Shown here piece by piece: positions 1 to 9,010 of a DNA stretch of 64,000 nucleotides. The notes under the pieces are model-generated. The model did not search any database and was not told the DNA's origin. It was given only the letters and a program-made list of their open reading frames with translations. How positions within the stretch are numbered: position 1 is the stretch's first letter; the number at the start of each line of letters is the position of its first letter. Source of the DNA: a bacterium. GTDB taxonomy: Bacteria; Actinomycetota; Acidimicrobiia; Spongiisociales; ZC4RG35. Where the stretch lies: assembly GCA_028819345.1 (NCBI GenBank), contig JAPPLW010000004.1:3530-67529 (forward strand). Direction: 5' to 3'. A program made the translations under genes and the position numbers.

Positions 1-195
1 GTCCACCAGCAACTCGATTCGCTGGCGGGCAAGGAGTTTTCCTCTAGCCAGGTGGCGCGCAACGTATTTGGGTCCACCCCCTTCCCGGGCCTGGGCCATC
101 AACTCCTCGAACCCCGCGAGCGTGGCGACCATGGACTCCCGGTTGGCCCCGAACTCCGCGGACGACCGGTCGATCTTGGTGGGCAGGACGGGCAT
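1..195 (-). CDS. acyl-CoA carboxylase carboxyltransferase (beta) subunit, N-terminal fragment (methylcrotonyl-/propionyl-CoA carboxylase beta-like); continues beyond window start
   Basis: Not in the ORF track (open at window edge). Reverse complement from ATG at 195..193 reads [65 protein letters not shown], which fits the conserved N-terminus (GGG..RH..RGKLL.R.RI..LLD) of carboxyltransferase beta subunits. Confidence 0.6.
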   Translation of the reverse strand, partial: MPVLPTKIDRSSAEFGANRESMVATLAGFEELMAQAREGGGPKYVARHLARGKLLARQRIELLVD

Positions 196-242
196 AGACG
201 TTGGGAAGGCTACCGTCCGTTGATGTCTTATTCTTTGCGGGT

Positions 243-1052
243 GTGAGCTACAGACACATCCAGATCGAGACGGAGGGGCACATCGGGTGGCTGTGGCTCA
301 ACCGTCCTGAAAAGATGAACGCCTTCTCTCCCGACCTGTGGGAGGACCTGCCCCGGGCGGTTGAGGAGTTGGGCGACAATCCCGAGGTGAGGGTGATGGT
401 GGTGGCGGGCAGGGGCCGGGCGTTCACGGTGGGAATCGACCTGAACATGCTTGGCGACCTGGCACCCCGCGGGGAGTCGCCGGTGGCGGCCAGGAGGGTG
501 CTGTATCGCCGTCTCAAGGAACTCCAGCAGACCTTCAGCGCTCTGGAGCGTTCCCCCGTTCCCGTGATCGCCGCGGTTCACGGTTGGTGTATCGGGGCGG
601 GTATGGATCTCATCACCGCCTGCGACATCCGGCTGGCCGCTTCCGACGCGGTCTTCTCGGTTAGGGAGACCCGCATGGCGATGGTGGCCGACATGGGCAC
701 CCTGGAGCGGCTTCCCAAGGTGGTGTCGGCGGGCCATGTGGCTGAACTGGTCTACACGGGAAAGGACATAGACGCGGCCCGGGCGGAGCAGATAGGGCTG
801 GTCAACCAGGTCTATGCGGACCCCGAGGCGCTGATGGAGGGCGCCCGCTCCTGGGCGAGCCAGATCGCCTCCAACTCTCCTCTGGCCGTGCAGGGCGCCA
901 AAGCGGTGCTCTCGGCCGAAGAGGGCCGGTCGGTCACGGAAGCCCTGGACTATGTGGCCCTGTGGAACACCGCTTTTCTGGAGTCCAATGACGTGACCGA
1001 GGCTCTGGCCGCCTTCATGGAGCGGCGGCCTCCCCGGTTCACCGGAGATTGA
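243..1052 (+). CDS. enoyl-CoA hydratase/isomerase (crotonase) family protein
   Basis: ORF 201..1052. [29 protein letters not shown] and [11 protein letters not shown] are crotonase-fold motifs. Start placed at in-frame GTG 243 ([12 protein letters not shown]...); TTG 201 is the alternative. Divergent from the carboxyltransferase gene (liu-like pairing). Confidence 0.85.
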   Translation: MSYRHIQIETEGHIGWLWLNRPEKMNAFSPDLWEDLPRAVEELGDNPEVRVMVVAGRGRAFTVGIDLNMLGDLAPRGESPVAARRVLYRRLKELQQTFSALERSPVPVIAAVHGWCIGAGMDLITACDIRLAASDAVFSVRETRMAMVADMGTLERLPKVVSAGHVAELVYTGKDIDAARAEQIGLVNQVYADPEALMEGARSWASQIASNSPLAVQGAKAVLSAEEGRSVTEALDYVALWNTAFLESNDVTEALAAFMERRPPRFTGD

Positions 1053-1928
1053 TCAAGCCGGGTCGGGGGCCCAATGGTGCACCCTGGGGGGATTGCGGAA
1101 CCCGAGTTCCTTACAAAGCGCCTGGTACTCCACGCGATTGACGCCGCGCCAGCGGATCTCGTCCAGGGTCGGGGAGATGGGGGCGTCCCGCCTAAGGGTG
1201 GTCAACTCCCTGAACAGCAGGACGTCGTCCTGTCGCTCGCTCAGGTTCCTGGCCAATCGGGCCGCCCCTCTCACTGTCACCTCCCAGTCCCGAGGATCGG
1301 GAGGGATGTACTCCAGGTGCTGGTAGTGTCCCAACACCGTCGCCGACGACTTGGCGCCCCAACCGGGGATGCCGGGAATGCCGTCTGCCGTGTCTCCCAC
1401 CAGCGCCAGGTAATCGGGGATCGACGCCGGCGCCACGCCGAATTTGGCCACCACGCCGTCCGCGTCAAGCATCTGGCCCTTGCGACGGTCGAAAGTGACT
1501 ACCTGCTGGCCCGTGACGCACTGGGTCAGGTCCTTGTCGGGGCTGACCAGTATCACTCTGTCGGCCTCCGGAGAGAATCGATGAGCGCCGCTGGCCATGG
1601 CGTCGTCGGCTTCGAACTGGGTCATCCCCCACACAGTGACTCCCAGGGCCCGGAAGGCCCGCTCCGCCAGGCCGAACTGGCCCATGAGGTCCTCGGGCAC
1701 ACCTTCCCCGGTCTTGTAGCCGTGGTACAGATCGTTGCGAAAACTCTCGATCACGGTGTCGGTGGCCGCGGCGATGTGGGTCAGGTCGGGGTCCCGCAAG
1801 AGCGAAAGGGTGGTGTTCAGCAATCCATAGACGGCTCCCACCTCGCGACCATCCGGCGACGTCCGGGAGGGAAACCCGAAATAGGCGCGGAAGAGTTCGT
1901 ATGTACCATCCAGCAGATGCACGAACAT
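1053..1928 (-). CDS. 5'-3' exonuclease (FEN / Pol I N-terminal domain family)
   Basis: ORF 1053..1976. MFVHLLDGTYELFRAYF..., FEADDAMAS, LVSPDKDLTQ and LVGDTADGIPGIPGWGAKSA are typical 5'-3' exonuclease/H3TH motifs. ATG 1928 preferred over the TTG at 1976. Confidence 0.8.
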   Translation of the reverse strand: MFVHLLDGTYELFRAYFGFPSRTSPDGREVGAVYGLLNTTLSLLRDPDLTHIAAATDTVIESFRNDLYHGYKTGEGVPEDLMGQFGLAERAFRALGVTVWGMTQFEADDAMASGAHRFSPEADRVILVSPDKDLTQCVTGQQVVTFDRRKGQMLDADGVVAKFGVAPASIPDYLALVGDTADGIPGIPGWGAKSSATVLGHYQHLEYIPPDPRDWEVTVRGAARLARNLSERQDDVLLFRELTTLRRDAPISPTLDEIRWRGVNRVEYQALCKELGFRNPPRVHHWAPDPA

Positions 1929-2018
1929 TCCGATGATGCTATGGGCGATCCCCGATGCGGTCAAGCCGGCTTCCAAGAAGAGGATCCGGGATCCGGTTGG
2001 CGTGAAGCAGGAGAAGAG

Positions 2019-2405
2019 TTGAATGACCTCCGGGAATCATTCCGCTCCAGCTACCAGCAGGGTTCGGCGGAGGGCCCGTCCCGAGATGACGTCATGGGAG
2101 CTCTTCGCACCCTGGGAGACGCCATTACCCACATCGCGGCGGGCGCCGGCAACACTCTGAAGGATCCCCAGGTCAAACAACAGGTCAAAAAGACCACTTC
2201 CTCTGCGATGTCGGCCATCAGCGGGATTCTCCTGGACTTCAGCGCCGACTTACGGCGCCGGATGGGGGAGAAGGAAGAACACAATGGGCAGGAGGAAGAT
2301 ACCCGCGCCGATGAGGCGACGCCCTCCTCCGATGCCGGCAGTGGCGACGCCGCAGAATCCAACGGCGGGGATGCCGATTCGGACACCGGCGGACCCAGAG
2401 GCTGA
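2019..2405 (+). CDS. hypothetical protein with acidic low-complexity C-terminus
   Basis: 3' part of track ORF 1074..2405 (its 5' part is antisense to the exonuclease gene). In-frame TTG at 2019 lies 5 nt after AGGAG (2009..2013); ATG 2094 is the alternative. No family recognised. Fills an otherwise ~450 bp gap. Confidence 0.35.
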   Translation: MNDLRESFRSSYQQGSAEGPSRDDVMGALRTLGDAITHIAAGAGNTLKDPQVKQQVKKTTSSAMSAISGILLDFSADLRRRMGEKEEHNGQEEDTRADEATPSSDAGSGDAAESNGGDADSDTGGPRG

Positions 2406-2423
2406 GCCGAACAGGGACTCGCG

Positions 2424-3269
2424 ATGGCACTGATGGCTGTCGAGGCATTGGCTGGGCGGCTTTCAGACCCGCGGACGGTGATCGGCGATGTGCGGTGGTA
2501 CCTCGCTGATCCCGACCAAGGTCGGGTGGAGTATGACCGCGGGCACTTGCCCGGTGCGCGGTTCGTCGATCTGGAAACCGACCTGAGCGGTACCGAAGGT
2601 CCGGGTCGTCACCCCCTGCCTCCGGTGGAGGTGTTCTGTCGCACCCTGGAGCGAATGGGCGTCAGCCCCGATCACACTGTGGTGGCTTACGATGCTTCCG
2701 GGGGGGCGATAGCCGCCCGCCTGTGGTGGATGCTGGACGCGATAGGGCACCGGTCGGTGTTCGTACTGGATGGGGGATTCCAGGCATGGGTGGAGGCGGG
2801 TCTGCCCCTTACCACCGCCATTCCCCGAATCTCGCCGGTTTACTACCCGCCGTCGCAGGGGTGGACGGGAGTGGTGAACGGGGATCAGGTGCGTTCGCTC
2901 CTGGGTCGGCGTCCCATCCTGGATGCCCGCTCCGAGGACCGCTACCGGGGCGAGAACGAGGTGGTGGACCCCCGGGCCGGCCACATTCCGACCGCCCGCG
3001 CCGCCTTTTTCGGGAAGAACCTGACTCCCGAGGGCAGGTTCCTCTCTCCTGGGTCGTTGCAACGCCGTTACCGGGCGCTGGGGGTAGGGGAGTCTGACTC
3101 CGCTGTCGCATATTGCGGAAGCGGGGTCACTGCATGCCACAACCTCTTGGCGCTGCGTCTCGCCGGGTATTCCGGCCAACTGTACGAGGGGTCCTGGAGC
3201 GACTGGTCCAGCCGTTCCGATCCGCTGGTGGCCACCGGGCCGCATCCGGGAGACGCCCCTGCTGAATGA
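2424..3269 (+). CDS. thiosulfate / 3-mercaptopyruvate sulfurtransferase (tandem rhodanese domains)
   Basis: Two rhodanese-like halves. Active-site loop AYCGSGVTACH. YDRGHLPGARFVD and RYRGENEVVDPRAGHIPTA are typical of SseA/CysA-type sulfurtransferases. Confidence 0.85.
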   Translation: MALMAVEALAGRLSDPRTVIGDVRWYLADPDQGRVEYDRGHLPGARFVDLETDLSGTEGPGRHPLPPVEVFCRTLERMGVSPDHTVVAYDASGGAIAARLWWMLDAIGHRSVFVLDGGFQAWVEAGLPLTTAIPRISPVYYPPSQGWTGVVNGDQVRSLLGRRPILDARSEDRYRGENEVVDPRAGHIPTARAAFFGKNLTPEGRFLSPGSLQRRYRALGVGESDSAVAYCGSGVTACHNLLALRLAGYSGQLYEGSWSDWSSRSDPLVATGPHPGDAPAE

Positions 3270-3343
3270 GGCCGATCGGCCTGCCCTGATCCCGGCCATC
3301 CCTCCCGATTCCCGGCGCGGATAGCTCGCCGTCCAAAGTATTC

Positions 3344-5092
3344 TTGGGGATCATGCGTTCTTTAATCTCTCGTTCTCACCACAGGATCGCCGGTGCGGTG
3401 GCGGCGGCGCTGGCTCTGGCGGTCGGCGAGTTGATCGCCGGGGTCTCTCCGGCTTCCGTCTCCCTCACCGAAGCGGTAGGCGGTCTGGCGATCGACTATG
3501 TTCCGCCACCGGTCAAGGACTTCGCCATTGCGGTGTTCGGGATCTACGACAAGTTGGCCCTGATCATCGGAATGGTGGTGGTGACGGTCCTGCTGGGGGC
3601 TCTGGTAGGAAAAAGGGCGGCTAATCGCTGGTCGGTGGCCGTGTGGGTGTTCGGCCTGTTCGGCCTGTTGGGCGCTTTCTCCCTGCAGCGGGAGCCTGAC
3701 ATCGGATGGCCCTCGTCGATCATCTACGCGGCTGTGGCCGCGGCGGTGGCGCTCGTCGCACTCAGAGTCCTCTACCGATGGCTCCCGGCGGCGGCAACCG
3801 AGAGTGGCGATGCCTCCCCCGTCGAGGCGGATGTGGAAGGAGACGAGCACGCCGACGACGAAGTCGACCCGAGCGAATCGGCTCCCGAGTCGGAGCCCGA
3901 GATCTCTCGGCGGAAGTTCCTGGTGGGAGTGGGGGCGGTATTCGGGCTGGCGGTGGCGGCGGCCGCTGGCGGTCGCCTGCTTCTGGAGCGCACCAAGCAG
4001 GCCCTGGCCGGCCGGGAAGATGTCGTGCTTCCCCAGGCCACCACGACGACCACCACGAGCCCGACCACAACCGCGGCCAGCCCGTCGACCACCGAGGCGG
4101 GCGCCGGCGCAGTCGAGGCGACCACCACCACCACCGAGGCGACCACCACCACCGCGCCGGCGGTGGAGGGAGCGGGACCGCTTCCTGCCGGACACTCTCT
4201 GGATGTGGATGGGATCAGCCCGATCATCACCCCCAACGAGCATTTCTACCTGATCGACACCGCCCTCAGCCCGCCTCAGGTGAACCTGGAGGAGTGGACC
4301 CTGAAGGTCACCGGCTTGGTGGAAAACCCCTACGAGATCAGCTTCGATGAGTTGTTGACCCGACCGTTGGTGGAGCGATACGTGACGCTGTCCTGCGTCT
4401 CCAACCAGGTGGGAGGCTCTCTGGTCGGTCACGCCAAGTGGCTGGGGGTGCCGCTCAGCTTGATCCTGGACGAGGCCGGACTCCTTCCCCAGGCGGAGCA
4501 GATCGTGGGGCGCTCGGTGGACGGCTTTACGGTTGGTTTCCCCTCAAGCATTCCCTACGACGGCAGGGACGCCCTGGTGGCGGTGGGGATGAACGACGAG
4601 CCCCTTCCCATCGAGCACGGGTTCCCGGTCCGGTTGGTGGTGGCCGGGCTGTACGGTTATGTGTCCGCCACCAAGTGGCTATCCGAGTTGGAGTTGACTA
4701 CTTGGGACGGGTTTGACGCCTACTGGGTACCGAGGGGATGGGCCAAGGAGGCGCCTGTCAAGACCCAGTCGCGGATCGACACTCCCCTGGAAGGGCGCAT
4801 CGCGGCCCGTGCAAGGGCCATCGCCGGCGTTGCGTGGGCCCCTCACCGGGGGGTTGACCGAGTTGAGGTGCGGATCGACGAGGGAGAGTGGATCGAGGCG
4901 GAGTTGTCCAGCGAGATCTCTGACAACTCGTGGCGGCAGTGGAAGGTTGACTGGGATCCGGAGCCGGGCCGGTACAGGCTCCAGGTGCGGGCCACCGACG
5001 GCGACGGGATCACCCAGACCGATTTGCGGGTTCCTCCCGCCCCCGACGGAGCGACCGGCTGGCACACCATTCACGTGACCGTGGTCGCCTGA
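3344..5092 (+). CDS. membrane-anchored molybdopterin-dependent oxidoreductase (sulfite-oxidase / YedY-like fold)
   Basis: N-terminal ~150 aa hydrophobic (about 4 TM helices), then an acidic stretch, an SRRKFLVGVGAV twin-arginine-like segment and a Thr-rich linker. The oxidoreductase molybdopterin-binding core follows (HFYLIDTAL, YVTLSCVSNQVGG, HGFPVRLVVAGLYGYVSATKWL) with a C-terminal Ig-like domain. Confidence 0.8.
   Translation: MGIMRSLISRSHHRIAGAVAAALALAVGELIAGVSPASVSLTEAVGGLAIDYVPPPVKDFAIAVFGIYDKLALIIGMVVVTVLLGALVGKRAANRWSVAVWVFGLFGLLGAFSLQREPDIGWPSSIIYAAVAAAVALVALRVLYRWLPAAATESGDASPVEADVEGDEHADDEVDPSESAPESEPEISRRKFLVGVGAVFGLAVAAAAGGRLLLERTKQALAGREDVVLPQATTTTTTSPTTTAASPSTTEAGAGAVEATTTTTEATTTTAPAVEGAGPLPAGHSLDVDGISPIITPNEHFYLIDTALSPPQVNLEEWTLKVTGLVENPYEISFDELLTRPLVERYVTLSCVSNQVGGSLVGHAKWLGVPLSLILDEAGLLPQAEQIVGRSVDGFTVGFPSSIPYDGRDALVAVGMNDEPLPIEHGFPVRLVVAGLYGYVSATKWLSELELTTWDGFDAYWVPRGWAKEAPVKTQSRIDTPLEGRIAARARAIAGVAWAPHRGVDRVEVRIDEGEWIEAELSSEISDNSWRQWKVDWDPEPGRYRLQVRATDGDGITQTDLRVPPAPDGATGWHTIHVTVVA
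4037..4153 (+). repeat. Thr/Ala/Pro-rich low-complexity linker (runs of ACC codons) inside the Mo-oxidoreductase gene
   Basis: Translation ATTTTTTSPTTTAASPSTTEAGAGAVEATTTTTEATTTTAP. The DNA shows repeated accacc tracts. Confidence 0.7.
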
Positions 5093-5131
5093 GGCGGTTC
5101 GGTCGAGTCAGAACCTGGGCAACCAACCCGG

Positions 5132-5752
5132 ATGGATCCCGGCCTGGTGACGGTGGGCCCCGATGGGGCGCGGCGCTGCTGGTGGGGGCCTGAGCCTGCG
5201 GAGTACCGCCGGTATCACGATAGGGAGTGGGGTTTTGGAGTCACCAGTGATGAGCGGCTGTTCGAGAAGATCTGCCTGGAAGGGTTTCAAGCGGGACTGT
5301 CGTGGCTGACCGTGCTCCGGAAGCGGGAGAACTTCAGGGACGCCTTCTCGGGCTTCGATCCCGAGCGGGTGGTCGAGTTCGGGGAGAGGGATGTGGAACG
5401 GCTGATGGGAGATGCCGGGATCATCCGCCATCAGGGGAAGATCCGCTCGGTGATCAACAATGCGGCCCGGGCATTGGAGGTCGTGGCTTCCCACGGGTCG
5501 CTCTCAGCATTCTTCTGGGAGTGGGCGGAGTTCGACTCGGCGCCGCATCGCGCTGCGCCCCCCGCACTGACCGGGGAGTCCACAGCCCTGGCCAAGGAAC
5601 TTCGCCGTCGCGGGTGGACGTTTGTCGGTCCCACCACCTGCTACGCCTTCATGCAGGCCATGGGTCTGGTCAACGATCACCTTGACGGCTGCTGGGTGCG
5701 GGAAGAGGCGGAGGAGTCCCGCCGCCGGGCTGGCATGGAGGTCCTGAAATAG
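5132..5752 (+). CDS. tag: DNA-3-methyladenine glycosylase I
   Basis: YHDREWGFGVTSDERLFEKICLEGFQAGLSWLTVLRKRENFRDAF and the C-terminal TCYAFMQAMGLVNDH are hallmark Tag sequences. Confidence 0.9.
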   Translation: MDPGLVTVGPDGARRCWWGPEPAEYRRYHDREWGFGVTSDERLFEKICLEGFQAGLSWLTVLRKRENFRDAFSGFDPERVVEFGERDVERLMGDAGIIRHQGKIRSVINNAARALEVVASHGSLSAFFWEWAEFDSAPHRAAPPALTGESTALAKELRRRGWTFVGPTTCYAFMQAMGLVNDHLDGCWVREEAEESRRRAGMEVLK

Positions 5753-5815
5753 GAGGGGGGACGCCGAGAGCGCAGGAAGCGCCTCATGGGAGCGCCCTCC
5801 TCCCGACCAGGCAAC

Positions 5816-6751
5816 CTAGGGGTCGGTGGTCCGGCTGCGGATGAAGGTGGCGGTCATAAGGTCGAGATGGCCTCCGCCTCCGTTCTCATACATGGTTATC
5901 TGGGTTCGGTCCCGCCGTCCGGGATGCTGTGCGCGGCAGAGTTCGAAGAGGTCGGCCTGGATGTCCCCGTCGTCAATCAGGCCGGAGCCCAGTGGGATCA
6001 CCAGATCACCGCATTCGTGAACCGCCGCGTCGCGGGAATCCACGAAGATGGTGGCCCTCCGTATGACCTCGTCATCCACCTCCCGGCAGTGGGGTAGGAA
6101 GGCTCCCACCAGGTCCAGGTGCGTTCCGGGCTGGAGCAGTTCTCCCCTGACCAGCGGTTCGACGGTCATGGTGGCGGTGGATATGATGTCGGCCACGGAC
6201 ACGGCTTCGTCCAGGCTGTCCGCCACCTCACCACCGGTGGCTTCGGCCAGTTCCTCTGCCTTGGAGCGGGTCCGGTTCCAGATCAACACCCGGCGGAGAG
6301 AAGGTCGCACCTCCCGATGAGCGGCGATCAGATGGGGCGCCAGGCCGCCTGCGCCCACCATCAACAGGGTTCGGCTGTCCGGTCGGGACAGCAGCCGGGA
6401 ACCGAGGGCGGAATCCGCCGAGGTCTTCCGGTAGGTGAGTTCGGTGCCGTCCATGATCGCCAGGGGCTTCCCGTCCGCTCCGTCGAACAGGACGTACACC
6501 GCCTGGACCGAGGGGAGACCGGAGACGAGGGGGTTGTCGGGGAAGACAGTCACCAGCTTGACTCCCAGGGATTCTCCGGGCTGCCAGGCGGGCAGGCCCA
6601 GGAAGACCTCCTCGGACCCCGGCGGCGAGTAGACCACCCGCCTGACGTGGGCGGGCGGGTCGAGATGGCTCCGATGCAGGTGGTCGACCAGCTCTCCATA
6701 GGGCGCCAGCCCTGCCACGGCGGCTCTGTCGAGAAAGGGGATGGATCTCAT
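5816..6751 (-). CDS. ornithine cyclodeaminase / mu-crystallin family protein
   Basis: GVKLVTVFPDNP, DGTELTYRKTSADSALGSRLL and the Rossmann segment LLMVGAGGLAPHLIAAH are typical of the OCD/mu-crystallin family. Confidence 0.85.
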   Translation of the reverse strand: MRSIPFLDRAAVAGLAPYGELVDHLHRSHLDPPAHVRRVVYSPPGSEEVFLGLPAWQPGESLGVKLVTVFPDNPLVSGLPSVQAVYVLFDGADGKPLAIMDGTELTYRKTSADSALGSRLLSRPDSRTLLMVGAGGLAPHLIAAHREVRPSLRRVLIWNRTRSKAEELAEATGGEVADSLDEAVSVADIISTATMTVEPLVRGELLQPGTHLDLVGAFLPHCREVDDEVIRRATIFVDSRDAAVHECGDLVIPLGSGLIDDGDIQADLFELCRAQHPGRRDRTQITMYENGGGGHLDLMTATFIRSRTTDP

Positions 6752-6953
6752 CCGGCCGGGAGGACCTTGGGATTCGGCACGACCGGAAGTCTAAGCGGGG
6801 GTCCTGGGAAGCCCCGGGGCGGGCTGCAGTGTCGCCGGCTGGATTCGATGGCCACAGCAGGAGCTAACCCGTTCGTGCACGGCCCTATTTGCACAAGGGA
6901 TTGAAGAAGGCAGATATCCTCGGTGGGCAATTGCTGACCCGAGAGGGAGACGT

Positions 6954-8111
6954 ATGGCTCTGCAGAGACCATCTTTCACAGTGGGAATCGAAGAAGAGTA
7001 CATGTTGATCGATCCCCAGACCCGAGACCTGATTTCTGATCCCGATCCCGACATGTTCGCCAGGTGCCAGGAGTTGTTGGGCGACCGCGTCACCCACGAG
7101 TTGTTGCGATCCCAGATCGAGGTGAACACCAGGCCCTACTCCTCGATCACGGCCCTGGGCGAGGACCTGCGGCATCTTCGCGGGACAGTGGTAAGCACCG
7201 CACGAGAATTCGGGATGGAGGTCATCGCCTCCTCCACCCACCCCTTTGCCCAGTGGTGGGAACAACAGGTGGTTGCCGACGAGCGATATCTGATGCTGGC
7301 CGGGGACATGCAGACCCTAGCCCATCGGCTGGTTACCGGAGGGATGCATGTCCATGTCGGCATCGAGGACCCGGACATGAGGATCGACCTGATGGGACAG
7401 GTCACCTACTTTCTTGCCCACCTGCTGGCGCTGAGCACTTCTTCTCCCTTTTGGGGGGGACAGGACACCGGATTGAAGAGTTATCGCCTCAACGTGTTCC
7501 GCAGCCTGCCGCGCACAGGCCTCCCCGAGGCATTCGAGAGTTGGAGCGCTTACCAAAGGCATGTCGATGTCCTGGTAGGGGCGGGGATCATAGAGGATGC
7601 CAGCAAGGTGTGGTGGGATATCCGACCCAGCGCCCGATATCCCACCCTCGAGATGCGCATCACCGATGTCTGCACCAAGATCGAGGATGCCCTGACGGTG
7701 GCCACGGCGTATGTGTGCCTGCTCAGCATGCTCTTTCGACTCAGGACCAACAACCAGAAGTGGCGCTCCTACGCGACCTTTCTCCTGGACGAGAACATCT
7801 GGCGCGCTCAGCGATACGGCTCGACCGACTCTCTGATGGACTTCGGACAGCGCCGGTTGGTGCCCTTCTCCGAGTTGGCGGAGGAGATGGTCGACATCCT
7901 CACGCCCGAGGCGGAGGAGTTGGGGTGTCTGCCGCAACTCAACCGCGTACGGCAGATAATCATGGACGGCACGTCCGCCGAACATCAACTGTGGGCGTTC
8001 CGCCGGGCGCTCAACAACGGGGCCACCCAGCGGGAAGCCCTGGTCGAAGTGGTGGATATGCTGGTAACCAACACGGCGGCGAACTTGAGCTCCGGCGCCG
8101 GGGACTTGTAG
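6954..8111 (+). CDS. carboxylate-amine ligase, YbdK / glutamate-cysteine ligase family 2
   Basis: FTVGIEEEYMLIDPQTRDL, GMHVHVGI and WWDIRPSARYPTLEMRITDVC match GCS2/YbdK. GAGGGAG RBS precedes ATG 6954. Confidence 0.85.
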   Translation: MALQRPSFTVGIEEEYMLIDPQTRDLISDPDPDMFARCQELLGDRVTHELLRSQIEVNTRPYSSITALGEDLRHLRGTVVSTAREFGMEVIASSTHPFAQWWEQQVVADERYLMLAGDMQTLAHRLVTGGMHVHVGIEDPDMRIDLMGQVTYFLAHLLALSTSSPFWGGQDTGLKSYRLNVFRSLPRTGLPEAFESWSAYQRHVDVLVGAGIIEDASKVWWDIRPSARYPTLEMRITDVCTKIEDALTVATAYVCLLSMLFRLRTNNQKWRSYATFLLDENIWRAQRYGSTDSLMDFGQRRLVPFSELAEEMVDILTPEAEELGCLPQLNRVRQIIMDGTSAEHQLWAFRRALNNGATQREALVEVVDMLVTNTAANLSSGAGDL

Positions 8112-8134
8112 ATACGACGAGCCGAGAGGAAGAA

Positions 8135-8914
8135 ATGAGCAAATACCCGATAAGGATCGGCGTCCACCTCCAACCCCAGCATGCCGATTACTCCACCATT
8201 CGCGCTGCAGCGTCGCGGGCCGAGGAGATCGGCGCCGATGTGGTGCTCAACTGGGACCACTTTTACCCGCTGTTCGGCGATTTGGGAGGTAAGCACTTCG
8301 AGTGCTTGACGATGTTGGCGGGGTGGGCGGAATCCACCAGTAGGGCGGAGATCGGCGCCCTCGTGCTCTGCAACTCCTATCGCAACCCGGATCTGCTGGC
8401 CGACATGTCCCGCACCATAGACCACATTTCCGGAGGGCGTTTCATTCTGGGGATCGGGTCCGGTTGGTTCCGGTGGGACTACGACTCATATGGCTACGAG
8501 TTCGGAACCGCGGGCAGCCGGCTGGATGATCTCGCCGCGGCTCTTCCGCGTATCGAGAACCGCTTCACCAAACTCAACCCGCCGCCGCTCCGCAAGATCC
8601 CCATCCTCATCGGAGGAGGGGGGGAGAAGAAGACCCTTCGACTGGTGGCTCGTCATGCCGACATCTGGCACGGGTTCGGTGACGTGGCAACCATTGCTCA
8701 CAAGAACTCGGTGATCGACCGGTGGTGTGAGGTGGAGGAGCGGGACCCCTCCGCCATCGAGCGGTCATGTTCGGTTCGAGACGTCGACGTCTCCATGGGA
8801 GACGACTTCGCCGAGGTAGGGGCGACCTTCTTCGTGGTGAGCACCGGCGGCCCGGACTATGACCTCTCCACCCTGGAGAAGTGGGTCGATTACCGCGACT
8901 CGAGGAACTCATAG
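8135..8914 (+). CDS. LLM-class (luciferase-like) F420-dependent oxidoreductase
   Basis: 3' part of track ORF 7064..8914. ATG 8135 lies after GAGAGGAAG. MSKYPIRIGVHLQPQHADY..., SGGRFILGIGSGW and IPILIGGGGEKKTLRLVARHADIWH fit the small LLM F420 family. Confidence 0.8.
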   Translation: MSKYPIRIGVHLQPQHADYSTIRAAASRAEEIGADVVLNWDHFYPLFGDLGGKHFECLTMLAGWAESTSRAEIGALVLCNSYRNPDLLADMSRTIDHISGGRFILGIGSGWFRWDYDSYGYEFGTAGSRLDDLAAALPRIENRFTKLNPPPLRKIPILIGGGGEKKTLRLVARHADIWHGFGDVATIAHKNSVIDRWCEVEERDPSAIERSCSVRDVDVSMGDDFAEVGATFFVVSTGGPDYDLSTLEKWVDYRDSRNS

Positions 8915-8958
8915 CGGCTATCCGGCGCCCGTTGACGGGGCTGGAACAACCAGGCAAA

Positions 8959-8988
8959 GAGAAGGGGCCCCGGTTGGGGCCCCTTCTC
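8959..8988. terminator. bidirectional intrinsic terminator hairpin between convergent genes
   Basis: Perfect 13-bp GC-rich stem gagaaggggcccc / ggggccccttctc with loop ggtt. A-rich 5' flank and T-containing 3' flank. Sits between the stops at 8914 (+) and 9011 (-). Confidence 0.7.
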
Positions 8989-9010
8989 CTCGTTGCTTCG
9001 TCGTTCCCGG

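Noticed and set aside
1074-2018. 5' two-thirds of the long + strand ORF 1074..2405 (443 aa)
   Set aside because: It lies antisense to a well-supported 5'-3' exonuclease gene and has Arg/Gly/Pro-rich shadow-frame composition typical of GC-rich DNA. Only the non-overlapping 3' part is kept as a low-confidence gene.
3362-4432. 356-aa minus-strand ORF and other long ORFs overlapping the Mo-oxidoreductase gene (3706..4350, 3772..4236, 3804..4253)
   Set aside because: These are R/G/P-rich translations with no recognisable motifs, fully nested in a gene with clear family motifs. They are GC-rich shadow ORFs.
7064-8134. N-terminal 357 codons of track ORF 7064..8914
   Set aside because: This part runs out of frame across the YbdK ligase gene. 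The recognisable LLM protein begins at ATG 8135, which has an RBS.
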